Below are positions 34,515-43,468 of a stretch of DNA of 64,000 nt, in pieces. Both the position numbers and the translations under genes were made by a program. Source of the stretch: Cenarchaeum sp. GTDB taxonomy: Archaea > Thermoproteota > Nitrososphaeria > Nitrososphaerales > Nitrosopumilaceae. Where the stretch lies: the NCBI GenBank assembly GCA_965212015.1, contig OZ243037.1, forward strand, positions 864,001 through 928,000, given 5' to 3'. Numbering within the stretch: the stretch's first letter is position 1; the number at the start of each line of letters is the position of its first letter. The notes under the pieces were generated by a model. The model saw only the letters and a list, made by a program, of their open reading frames with translations, was not told the DNA's origin and searched no databases.

Positions 34515-36005
34515 ATGGCCGAAAAGCTGACCTTTAATAAGCTAAAAAATCACTATTGGGACGCGTCTGATATCTTAAGAGGCGGTCTTGATGCGAGTGA
34601 ATATCGTCAGCCAATAATGACACTATTATTTCTAAAAAGATTAAATGATCAATTTCAGGAAAAAGCTGAAAAGCTGGAAAAAGAAGGTAAACCAAAAAAA
34701 ATAGCTTATGAAGATACTGACTACCACACATTTTTTGTGCCAAAAGCATCAAGATGGAATGTATTATCAAAGGCTTTTGAAAATATTGGTGAAAAAATAG
34801 ACAAAGCTTCTGTTGCATTAGAGCGCGCCAATCATTCACAGCTTGAAGGCGTTTTAACCAATATATCATATAATGATAAGAAAAAATATTCTGATGAAGA
34901 TCTTTTAAAACTTGTAAGTCATTTCAGTAAATACAGATTAAGAAATTCAGATATTGAAAATGAAGATATTTTTGGTCAGGCTTATGAATATCTCTTAGAG
35001 CAATTTGCTGATTCAGCTGGGAAAAAAGCTGGTGAATTTTTTACCCCACGAGAAGTGGTAGAATTATTGGTAAAGATTTTGGCACCTACAGAAAAAATGT
35101 CGATTTGTGATCCTACATGTGGTTCAGGTGGGATGTTAATCTGGTCTAGGCAATATGTACAAGAACACAAAGGAAATCCAAAAAATCTTTCATTGTATGG
35201 ACAAGAGAGAAATTTTGGAAATTATGGGATGTGTAAAATGAATATGATCCTGCACGGTATTGAAAATTTTAAAATTAAACAAGGAAATACCTTATCAAAT
35301 CCACTTTTTGTAAAAGGTGGAAAATTACAAGAATTTGACAGAGTTGTAGCTAATTTTCCTTTTAGTATGGATTGGAATAATACACAAGCTGCACAAGATA
35401 GATATAATAGATTTGAATTTGGAATTCCTCCATCTAAAGGAAAAGCAGATTTTGCATTCATTCAACACATGTATTCATCACTTAACAAGAAAGGTAAAGC
35501 CACAATTGTCTGCTCACAAGGTATTTTATTTAGAGGAAATATAGAAGGTAAGATTCGTGAAAATTTTATTAAAAATGATATAATTGAAGCAATAATTGCA
35601 TTACCGGCTAATTTGTTTTTTGGGACAGGAATTCCAGCATGTGTTTTAGTTCTAAATAAAGCAAAACCTGAGAAAAGAAAAAACAAGATTTTATTCATTT
35701 ATGCTGCAAAAGATTTTCTTGATTTAAAAAAACGTGATATTCTTAGAGATGAAGATATTAAAAAGATAATTTCATCATATGAAAAATTCAAGGATATAGA
35801 AAAATATTGCCATATCGCTGATTTAGATGAAATAAAAGAAAATGAATTTAATCTAAATGTGCCAAGATATGTGGATATTTCTGAGCCAGAAGAACAAATT
35901 GATGTCCAGGATGCATATAATGAATTAAAAAAATCATTTAAAGAACAAAATATACTTAAAAAATCTATAGAGGTAGATCTAAAGGAATTGAATATTAAAC
36001 TTTGA
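34515..36005 (+). CDS. hsdM: type I R-M N6-adenine methyltransferase subunit
   Basis: GEFFTPREVV, DPTCGSGG, VANFPF and LPANLFFGTGIP motifs. Confidence 0.97.
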   Translation: MAEKLTFNKLKNHYWDASDILRGGLDASEYRQPIMTLLFLKRLNDQFQEKAEKLEKEGKPKKIAYEDTDYHTFFVPKASRWNVLSKAFENIGEKIDKASVALERANHSQLEGVLTNISYNDKKKYSDEDLLKLVSHFSKYRLRNSDIENEDIFGQAYEYLLEQFADSAGKKAGEFFTPREVVELLVKILAPTEKMSICDPTCGSGGMLIWSRQYVQEHKGNPKNLSLYGQERNFGNYGMCKMNMILHGIENFKIKQGNTLSNPLFVKGGKLQEFDRVVANFPFSMDWNNTQAAQDRYNRFEFGIPPSKGKADFAFIQHMYSSLNKKGKATIVCSQGILFRGNIEGKIRENFIKNDIIEAIIALPANLFFGTGIPACVLVLNKAKPEKRKNKILFIYAAKDFLDLKKRDILRDEDIKKIISSYEKFKDIEKYCHIADLDEIKENEFNLNVPRYVDISEPEEQIDVQDAYNELKKSFKEQNILKKSIEVDLKELNIKL

Positions 36006-36682
36006 ATGATATTTTAGAACCTAAAGCAAAATATAAGAAAGTACAAAACTTTTTTAAAAAATATTTTATTATACCAATTGATTGGGAATATCCAAAATTT
36101 GCTTCAGTAATATATGTAAATCCAAAAACTAAAATATTTTCAAAAACTGCACCATATGTTCCAATGGATGCTGTAAACACTAATTGTAGAATGGTAGATT
36201 ATTATGAGAATAGGAATGTATCAGATCATTCAAATTTATCAAAATTTATAGAACATGATATATTATTTGCTAGAATTACTCCTAGTACTGAAAATGGAAA
36301 AACTGCTTTCATTGAGAATTTTAAACATGTTGGTATTGCATCATCTGAATTAACTATTTTACGACCTACAAAAAAAATTATTCCACAATATTTATATTAT
36401 TACATAAAATCACACAGGATCAGATCATTTGCTATTTCACAAATGCTGGGCACCACAAATCGCCAGAGAGTTCCAGAATATGTTTTTGAAAAAGATCTGA
36501 ATTTTGAATTGCCATCTATCAAAGAACAGCAAAAAATTGCATCAATTCTGTCAGGAGTTGATGCATATAAAAAAATTATATATATCATAATATTGAATAT
36601 TTTATATATAAAATTAGCAATATATTTGATAATGTTCACTGCTGATGTATTTAGATTTGGATCTAATCAAATACATTATTAA
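36002..36682 (+). CDS. hsdS: half (single-TRD) HsdS cassette with non-HsdS tail
   Basis: One TRD (DILFARITPSTENGK...GTTNRQRV) plus EQQKIASILSGVDAY, then abrupt loss of HsdS similarity; TTG start overlaps the hsdM stop. Confidence 0.85.
   Translation: MNDILEPKAKYKKVQNFFKKYFIIPIDWEYPKFASVIYVNPKTKIFSKTAPYVPMDAVNTNCRMVDYYENRNVSDHSNLSKFIEHDILFARITPSTENGKTAFIENFKHVGIASSELTILRPTKKIIPQYLYYYIKSHRIRSFAISQMLGTTNRQRVPEYVFEKDLNFELPSIKEQQKIASILSGVDAYKKIIYIIILNILYIKLAIYLIMFTADVFRFGSNQIHY
36530..36564 (+). repeat. 35-bp inverted repeat, copy C (putative inversion site)
   Basis: caaaaaattgcatcaattctgtcaggagttgatgc, the reverse complement of 33368-33402. Confidence 0.9.
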
Positions 36683-36750
36683 ATCTACTTACAAAAAACA
36701 CCATATTCATAAACACATATGTAAAAATAGTTATCATACAAGCAACATAC

Positions 36751-37662
36751 ATGATAATAGCCAAGCAGAGAAGCACCAAATTATTTGAGGAATCCATAAA
36801 ATCAAAATATACAAAAAGAAACTGCAATAATAATCTAAGACAATTTCAGAAATTCGTCATCAGATATACATCAAAAGATCTGTCAGATATCAATGTTGAA
36901 AATCTACAGAATTTACTGGAGGACTATATCATCGAGCTAAAACATACTTCACATCCAAACTCCATACCGTCAAAATTCCAGGGAATAAAGCATTTTTGTG
37001 TAATGAACCGAATCAATCTCAACTGGGACATCATACACAAGATGTTCCCCCAGAAACAAAAAACACAAAATTTGAGATCCTATACCTCAAAAGAGGTCAA
37101 AAGACTATTAGTCGGCACAAAAAGCGTCCGAAATCAAGCCTTGGTTCATTTTCTAGCATCAACCGGCGCAAGAATCGGCGTATTTGACCACGAATTATTA
37201 ATCAAACATATGAAAAGGATGCCCAGCAAATGTTGTGCAGTCAAACTCTACGCCGGAGACATGGAAGAATATTGGTCATTTCTCACTCCTCAGGCAACGA
37301 AGATACTGGATTTGTATCACGAGCAACGTAAGTTAGGCGGAGAATCATTATGTGATGAAACACCCATTTTTGCGACAAGCTTCGGGCAACTTGGATGGAA
37401 TGGTGCAAGATCTGTCGTATATCGAGCCATATCAAAAAGTGGCATTGACAGAAACAAGCGGAATAACCGTTATGACGTACAGGCAGACCATGGCCTCAGA
37501 AAAAGATTCAACACCATACTAAAATTGGACAATTCTATAAACTATAACATTGCAGAAAAGCTTATGGGCCACAAGAACGGTCTAGATGGAATATACCTGA
37601 CACCCACAATTGACGAATTATTTGCAGAATTCAAAATAGTCGCACACAAATTGGAGATCTGA
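36751..37662 (+). CDS. tyrosine recombinase/integrase
   Basis: Catalytic motifs ASTGARIG (R), HGLRKRF (HxxR), LMGH and GIY (Y). Confidence 0.92.
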   Translation: MIIAKQRSTKLFEESIKSKYTKRNCNNNLRQFQKFVIRYTSKDLSDINVENLQNLLEDYIIELKHTSHPNSIPSKFQGIKHFCVMNRINLNWDIIHKMFPQKQKTQNLRSYTSKEVKRLLVGTKSVRNQALVHFLASTGARIGVFDHELLIKHMKRMPSKCCAVKLYAGDMEEYWSFLTPQATKILDLYHEQRKLGGESLCDETPIFATSFGQLGWNGARSVVYRAISKSGIDRNKRNNRYDVQADHGLRKRFNTILKLDNSINYNIAEKLMGHKNGLDGIYLTPTIDELFAEFKIVAHKLEI

Positions 37663-37831
37663 GTGATTATTCTTGTGTGCCCAAATGGATAATAATCCCA
37701 AATGGCGATTAGTCAGCAAATAGCATCAAATCTCCTACAATGATCGGCAATTCCAACAATCAATCTAACTTATCAATGAAAGACAGCGATAGCTTTATAG
37801 AATCCTCACCGCTAGTATCATAATTCCAATC

Positions 37832-40135
37832 TTGACAATTCCAGTATGGCAGATGATTCGTGAGGCAATAGATGCCCTTGGAGGTACTGCAACCAATAGT
37901 AAAATTCGGGATTACATAAATTCCAAGTATAAAGGAGTCAATCAAGGAACTATTAATTGCCAAATTATCTCTTGTACCGTAAACAGGGCATCCAGGGTAC
38001 GTTTTCCAAAAAATTTCAAACCCAGAAAAGCAGACACAGAATATGATTTTTTGTATTCTGTAGGGAGAAGCAAAGTGATTCTTTACAAGCCAGAGATACA
38101 TGGAGATTACGAGATAGCAATACATGATGGAAAACCAAAAGTTTTGACCAACGGAGGAATCATTGATAACAGCATAGAATGCGCTCTCTTAGAATTTATT
38201 CAAAACGAGATGGAAATGGATACAAATTATCAACCCATAATCATAAAGACTTTGTTGGAAAGTGGGAATGAAAACAGATTTGAGTCCGACAAGGAATTAA
38301 TCCAAGAAAAACTTCAGGAATTAAACTTTGAGAAGCAATTTGATTTTGATAATATGTTGGAATCCATAAGAAAAGATCTAAATGGATTTGTTACCTTTGG
38401 TAACAGAATTATAGGTTTACATTTTGATCAATTTTCATCCAAAGACATACCGGAATGTTTGAAAGCATGTGGACAAAAAATCGCACAATGGCATATGGAT
38501 AATTATCAAATAGACATGTGGTCAATGCTGCCTGGCAGAACAAGGGAAAATTATCCATTTTTGGATGAATTTTTACAAACCAATTCAATTGGTGTCGGAT
38601 GGAATCGAATCAAGGATATTTCTGATCTCACAAAAAACCAAATACTCAAAGAGTTTAATAGACGATATCCTGAGGAAGACAGTGCAAGCTTTAGCGATTT
38701 TACAAGAATAGACAAAAAAGATCTGATTGTACTGACCAGAGGACAAAAGGAGATTGTAGACTATGGGATTGTCACCGGTGATTACCACTATGAATCCAAA
38801 AGCCCCTCATATACACACAGAAAGAAGATTGTCTGGCTAAAACGAGGTCCTGTCTTGCCAAAAGAGTTACCAAACCCCACTTTGGAAGGATTTATGCGCA
38901 CATGCATTAAAGTCTTAAAGCGGAGAGAAGAGCTGATTCAGGTATTGCTTGAAAAACACACAGTTAATAATATAGTTCCTGCCGATAATTATACAGTGGA
39001 GCAAAAGCTAGAAAAAATACTAGATCTGAAAAAACAGTTGATTCTGTACGGCCCTCCTGGAACTGGAAAAACATACCATGCCATGCGTCTTGCACAGCAT
39101 TTAATCAGAAATAACTCTTCGAGACAGGCTCTGACTTTTAGATCCGCCACAATACAGGTTCTCAAAGAAACTGGTAAACCTATGCATTACAAAGACATTT
39201 ATCAAAAAATCAAAGATCAGAATTTGATTCAAAGTGCAGGTCAGACGCCAAGAGATACCATGCGAGCAATAATATACAGGGATATAAAACACAAGGGATC
39301 AGATTCAATCTTTAAAAAAACTGACAACGGAACATATGAATTAAATCAAGATTCACAAGAATATGAAATCAAATTCAGTGATGAAATTCCAGATGATCAG
39401 CCAAAATTCATTCGTAGCGTGACATTTCACCAATCATATTCCTACGAGGATTTTATCGAGGGCATAAGGCCTACTGCAATCAATAATCAGATATCCTACG
39501 ATCTAGAAGACGGTATTTTCAAACAGATTTCCGAGGAAGCTCGGGCCGATCCCTTGAACAAATATGTGCTGGTAATAGACGAAATCAATAGAGGAAACAT
39601 CTCCAAGATCTTCGGCGAGCTGATTACATCGATTGAAAAGGACAAACGGGAAAACCACACACTACAACTGGCCTACTCGAAGGAAGAATTTACAGTCCCA
39701 AAAAACCTATTCATCATAGGTACGATGAACACTGCAGATCGCAGCCTGATTCAAATTGACACAGCACTGAGGCGACGATTCTCATTTCATGAATTAATGC
39801 CAGAACCTGAATTATTGAGTCAAATAATCGAGGGGATTCCTGTGAGGGATATTTTGACCATGCTCAATCAGCGAATCAAACAGGAGGGACTACGTGAGCG
39901 GCAAATAGGTCATTCATATTTCATGAGCATATCAGATCTAGATGGACTACAGTTTACCTTTGCCCACGACATTGTGCCACTGCTCCAGGATTATTTCTTT
40001 GATGACTATAAAAAACTGGAAAATGACATTCTAAGCAGTGATTTTGTTGATTCCGACAATATGAAAATCAAAACGGACTGGCATGATGATCCGCAAAAAT
40101 TCCTAGAAATTCTAAAAAATATTCTCCAACAATGA
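37832..40135 (+). CDS. mcrB: McrB-family GTPase with multiple DNA-reader domains
   Basis: GPPGTGKT, TFHQSYSYEDFIEG, IDEINRGN and MNTADRS motifs. Confidence 0.93.
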   Translation: MTIPVWQMIREAIDALGGTATNSKIRDYINSKYKGVNQGTINCQIISCTVNRASRVRFPKNFKPRKADTEYDFLYSVGRSKVILYKPEIHGDYEIAIHDGKPKVLTNGGIIDNSIECALLEFIQNEMEMDTNYQPIIIKTLLESGNENRFESDKELIQEKLQELNFEKQFDFDNMLESIRKDLNGFVTFGNRIIGLHFDQFSSKDIPECLKACGQKIAQWHMDNYQIDMWSMLPGRTRENYPFLDEFLQTNSIGVGWNRIKDISDLTKNQILKEFNRRYPEEDSASFSDFTRIDKKDLIVLTRGQKEIVDYGIVTGDYHYESKSPSYTHRKKIVWLKRGPVLPKELPNPTLEGFMRTCIKVLKRREELIQVLLEKHTVNNIVPADNYTVEQKLEKILDLKKQLILYGPPGTGKTYHAMRLAQHLIRNNSSRQALTFRSATIQVLKETGKPMHYKDIYQKIKDQNLIQSAGQTPRDTMRAIIYRDIKHKGSDSIFKKTDNGTYELNQDSQEYEIKFSDEIPDDQPKFIRSVTFHQSYSYEDFIEGIRPTAINNQISYDLEDGIFKQISEEARADPLNKYVLVIDEINRGNISKIFGELITSIEKDKRENHTLQLAYSKEEFTVPKNLFIIGTMNTADRSLIQIDTALRRRFSFHELMPEPELLSQIIEGIPVRDILTMLNQRIKQEGLRERQIGHSYFMSISDLDGLQFTFAHDIVPLLQDYFFDDYKKLENDILSSDFVDSDNMKIKTDWHDDPQKFLEILKNILQQ

Positions 40136-41403
40136 CTGTTATCACTTTAAAAGAATACGAAACATTCCCATCTAATCAAGGAATATCTGATCCAGTGTCT
40201 TTAAAACATATTCGCGGATTGAAGCTTGAGGAACAAGATAAAAAATTAAAAAAAGAACTACAAAAGAATATACTTTCCATCAATGTCGATCCTTTTCAGG
40301 AAGGATTATTGCAGTTTAAGGCATATAGCCACATAGGTGTGGCACAATTTACAAATTTCTCCATCTCTATAACACCTAAATTCTCAGAAATTGGAAAATT
40401 GATTGAACTGATTGACTATGTCTATGATCTTGATCTTGAAATATTCCCAGAAAGTGAATCCAAATTTGAAGGAGAAAGACACATGATATCGGAGATTATC
40501 ATAACCACATTCGTAAAGAAATGCCAAAAGCTGATCCGGCAAGGACTCTTCAAATCATATAATAATCACGAGGATGATCTACCGTTTCTGCGAGGAAAAC
40601 TGCTTGTATCACAGCAAATACGTAATCAGGCCAATACTAAGCTCCAATTTTCATGTAAATATGATGAATTCGAATATAATAATCTGGACAATCAGATCAT
40701 TTTATACTGTTTGAGACGGATCTATTATCTGACCATAAATGAGAAAAGAAAAAAAGAAATCAGAATATTGATTCAAGAATTTTCAGATCTAGTCGATGAT
40801 ATTGGAATTTCATCAGATGACTTTGCTAAAATCAATTACAATCAAATGAATAGCCACTATAAAAAAATCCATGAATTATGTCGTCTGATCATAGGAAATA
40901 TTCAAATTACTAATTTTTACAAACAGAAATTACGCTTTATCAATTCATTTTTTATAGACATGAATATTGTATTTGAAAAATTCATCTTCAAGCTATTTGC
41001 AGAATTTTATCCATTGCATGCCAAAGATCAAGAGAGTGATATTGCTTGGAAGACGGAGAATGAAGGAAAGACTATCCAATCTATTACAGATATTTTAATT
41101 TTTGAAAAGGACCAAAATACCGTACATACTATAATAGATACAAAATATAAAACTGATCTTACAAATGCCGATCGATATCAATTAGAGCATTATATACACG
41201 ATCATAAGAAAACAGAAGCATATGTAATATTGCCCGAATTTAAAGATGCAAAATATAACAGCTATATTGCAACAAGACAGGATATTCAAATCAAAGTCAG
41301 ACATGTCAATATAGACAAAGTATTAGAATATATCAATCTCAAAGATCCAAGATCGAAAAAAGACAAAATCAAGGAATTATTGATAGAAGTTATTCCACTG
41401 TAG
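40132..41403 (+). CDS. mcrC: McrC-family nuclease subunit
   Basis: Coupled to mcrB; RGKL, FIDMNIVFEKF, TDILI...IIDTKYK and DRYQL motifs. Confidence 0.92.
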   Translation: MTVITLKEYETFPSNQGISDPVSLKHIRGLKLEEQDKKLKKELQKNILSINVDPFQEGLLQFKAYSHIGVAQFTNFSISITPKFSEIGKLIELIDYVYDLDLEIFPESESKFEGERHMISEIIITTFVKKCQKLIRQGLFKSYNNHEDDLPFLRGKLLVSQQIRNQANTKLQFSCKYDEFEYNNLDNQIILYCLRRIYYLTINEKRKKEIRILIQEFSDLVDDIGISSDDFAKINYNQMNSHYKKIHELCRLIIGNIQITNFYKQKLRFINSFFIDMNIVFEKFIFKLFAEFYPLHAKDQESDIAWKTENEGKTIQSITDILIFEKDQNTVHTIIDTKYKTDLTNADRYQLEHYIHDHKKTEAYVILPEFKDAKYNSYIATRQDIQIKVRHVNIDKVLEYINLKDPRSKKDKIKELLIEVIPL

Positions 41404-42070
41404 AATTCTGCATATCAGATTAAGATCATTCAAAGAACAGATGACCGAAAATTCAACCAAATATCGCAATAGATCGGATAAACAGTGGATTCCTGCCAGT
41501 ATGGCATTTCATTATCCCAACAATGACTTGTCCTCGGGTTTGGGATTTCCTGCCATGTATTCCTTGAAAAGATCGAGCCATCATTTTTTCAGATCAAAGC
41601 GGATGTGCGATCTGAATCAAATTCTTTAATTTGTTTGTTGATAAATTTTTCCACCCATGTGTGATCGGTTTTGTTCTCTTTTTTCATAAGCCTCTGGATT
41701 TTTCTCCAAATGGACCATGATGATCCTGTCCATCCCCAGTATATAATCTCAGGTCTGCCACTCATCAGGTTTTGTGTGGGTCACGAATATTCGCTAGTAC
41801 GCCCAAAAGGCTGTTTTTCGTGATTTTGAGCCAAATCCTCGAAAACACCCACCTGCCCACCAGAGCACAGAATAAGTAGGTTCAAAAGGAATATTTGGCA
41901 CTGTAAGCGTGGAATCTAGCCGTTTATGCCTCCAGCAACCACAATATTTTTATTATGAATGTGTGTATTATAGTCATGGTGAGAATGGATTTGGGCGGCG
42001 GCGGAGTTTCTTAACATAATCGGATATCATTATAACCACCTCTTAAAATAGCCCAACATGTACTGTAAAT

Positions 42071-43276
42071 GTGTTGTCTGAACTCCTTTCTACATTTCGT
42101 ACTCTAATTGTGTGCACTCTAATAATACTTGCAAGTGGACTCGTACTAACGTTCTATTCCCATATGCAAGAAAGCAAAGATTTCTATACCGATCTAGCAC
42201 ATTCAGTTGGACTTACGCTAATATCTGCAAGTGTGGTAGGTGTTGTAGCCGAAGTTTTTATCATGTCGTTATTTACAAAAAAAGTGTTAAAACTGGAGGA
42301 ATCTTTTCTTAACAGAGTCATTCCATCAATAATTAACACAACGCATGAATGGATAATTAGTAAAAGTAAAACTATACCGATAGATAAAACTGCATTGTAT
42401 AATCTCATCCGTATTGGTGTATTGCAATGGTTTATGAAAGAAAATTTTGAAAAGATAGGAATATCATCAAATAAAATAGCAGAATTATACCAAGATCTTC
42501 AATTATCTGAATTCAAAGAACCGATAATAATAGATTTTTCAACCACACTAAGATATGAGGGAAAAATTAATGAAGAGATATCCGGCAGGAAAGGATTGAT
42601 TGATTTACATACTCAGACACAATATACGGCATTCAATTCTTCTAATTCAGAAACTCGATATGTGAATACCAATGGTACTATATTACTACATGCTTTTGAC
42701 ATATTTGGAATTTTTCCAAAAAATGAAAAGGAAAAACAGGAATTTGTTAATAGTTTAAAACTCAAATTGAGCATTACAATAGATGATGTTAAGATAGAAT
42801 ACGAGACAATTCCAATATATCTAGATTTGAAAGATATATCAAGATTGGAAGAAAAAAAACCATCCGAAATTATTCAGATCATAGAGAACAAATTAGATAC
42901 AAAAATAAAAGATAATACAACTTATTTATTCTATAGTTTTAGAGGTAATGAACTAGATGATATCAAACGATTCATCTATTCAGCATTTTGTACATATACA
43001 ATAAAACCTCAAGAACGTATATTGGTTTCATATGATATTCATGAATCCTTCGCCGAGAACGATTATCTCTTTCACACCATGAAGAGTATTACTAAAGGTG
43101 TTAGTGTAAATTTGATTGGATTTGAAGATAGATTTGACACTACAATTCTAAAATATTTCCTAAATGACAAAGAAGATACTATAAAACAAACAACTAATAT
43201 CCTTACAACTTCCTCATTAATGCTTCCTAAAAGCATCATAATTATTTCTTGGCAAAAGAAACTGGAATCTTTGTAA
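42071..43276 (+). CDS. orphan protein with two N-terminal TM helices
   Basis: 401-aa AT-rich ORF; two hydrophobic segments followed by a soluble domain. Confidence 0.75.
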   Translation: MLSELLSTFRTLIVCTLIILASGLVLTFYSHMQESKDFYTDLAHSVGLTLISASVVGVVAEVFIMSLFTKKVLKLEESFLNRVIPSIINTTHEWIISKSKTIPIDKTALYNLIRIGVLQWFMKENFEKIGISSNKIAELYQDLQLSEFKEPIIIDFSTTLRYEGKINEEISGRKGLIDLHTQTQYTAFNSSNSETRYVNTNGTILLHAFDIFGIFPKNEKEKQEFVNSLKLKLSITIDDVKIEYETIPIYLDLKDISRLEEKKPSEIIQIIENKLDTKIKDNTTYLFYSFRGNELDDIKRFIYSAFCTYTIKPQERILVSYDIHESFAENDYLFHTMKSITKGVSVNLIGFEDRFDTTILKYFLNDKEDTIKQTTNILTTSSLMLPKSIIIISWQKKLESL

Positions 43277-43468
43277 AGGATATGGAATATTAGAATCTAT
43301 ATGTATTGCTTTTGTCATTTAGTCAAATATATATCAGTATCAATGATTTATCAAACCTCGTTATATGAACAGACATTTACATACATCGATAAAAAATATG
43401 ATTAAAATATGCACGTTAATACATCAATATCCATCACACAGGTATCGCAGACAAGTACAATAATCAAT

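Larger units (their letters stand above)
28470..43400. mobile_element. AT-rich defence island (type I R-M, tyrosine recombinase, McrBC)
   Basis: Sharp visible drop in GC versus the flanking core; defence gene content; boundaries approximate, no att repeats identified. Confidence 0.75.

Noticed and set aside
36751-37662. Provirus or integrative element defined by the integrase
   Set aside because: No viral structural, replication or conjugation genes and no att direct repeats or tRNA target were seen; an island-integrase role is not excluded
41441-41765. Gene between mcrC and the 2-TM orphan
   Set aside because: Only short broken frames with no recognisable motif
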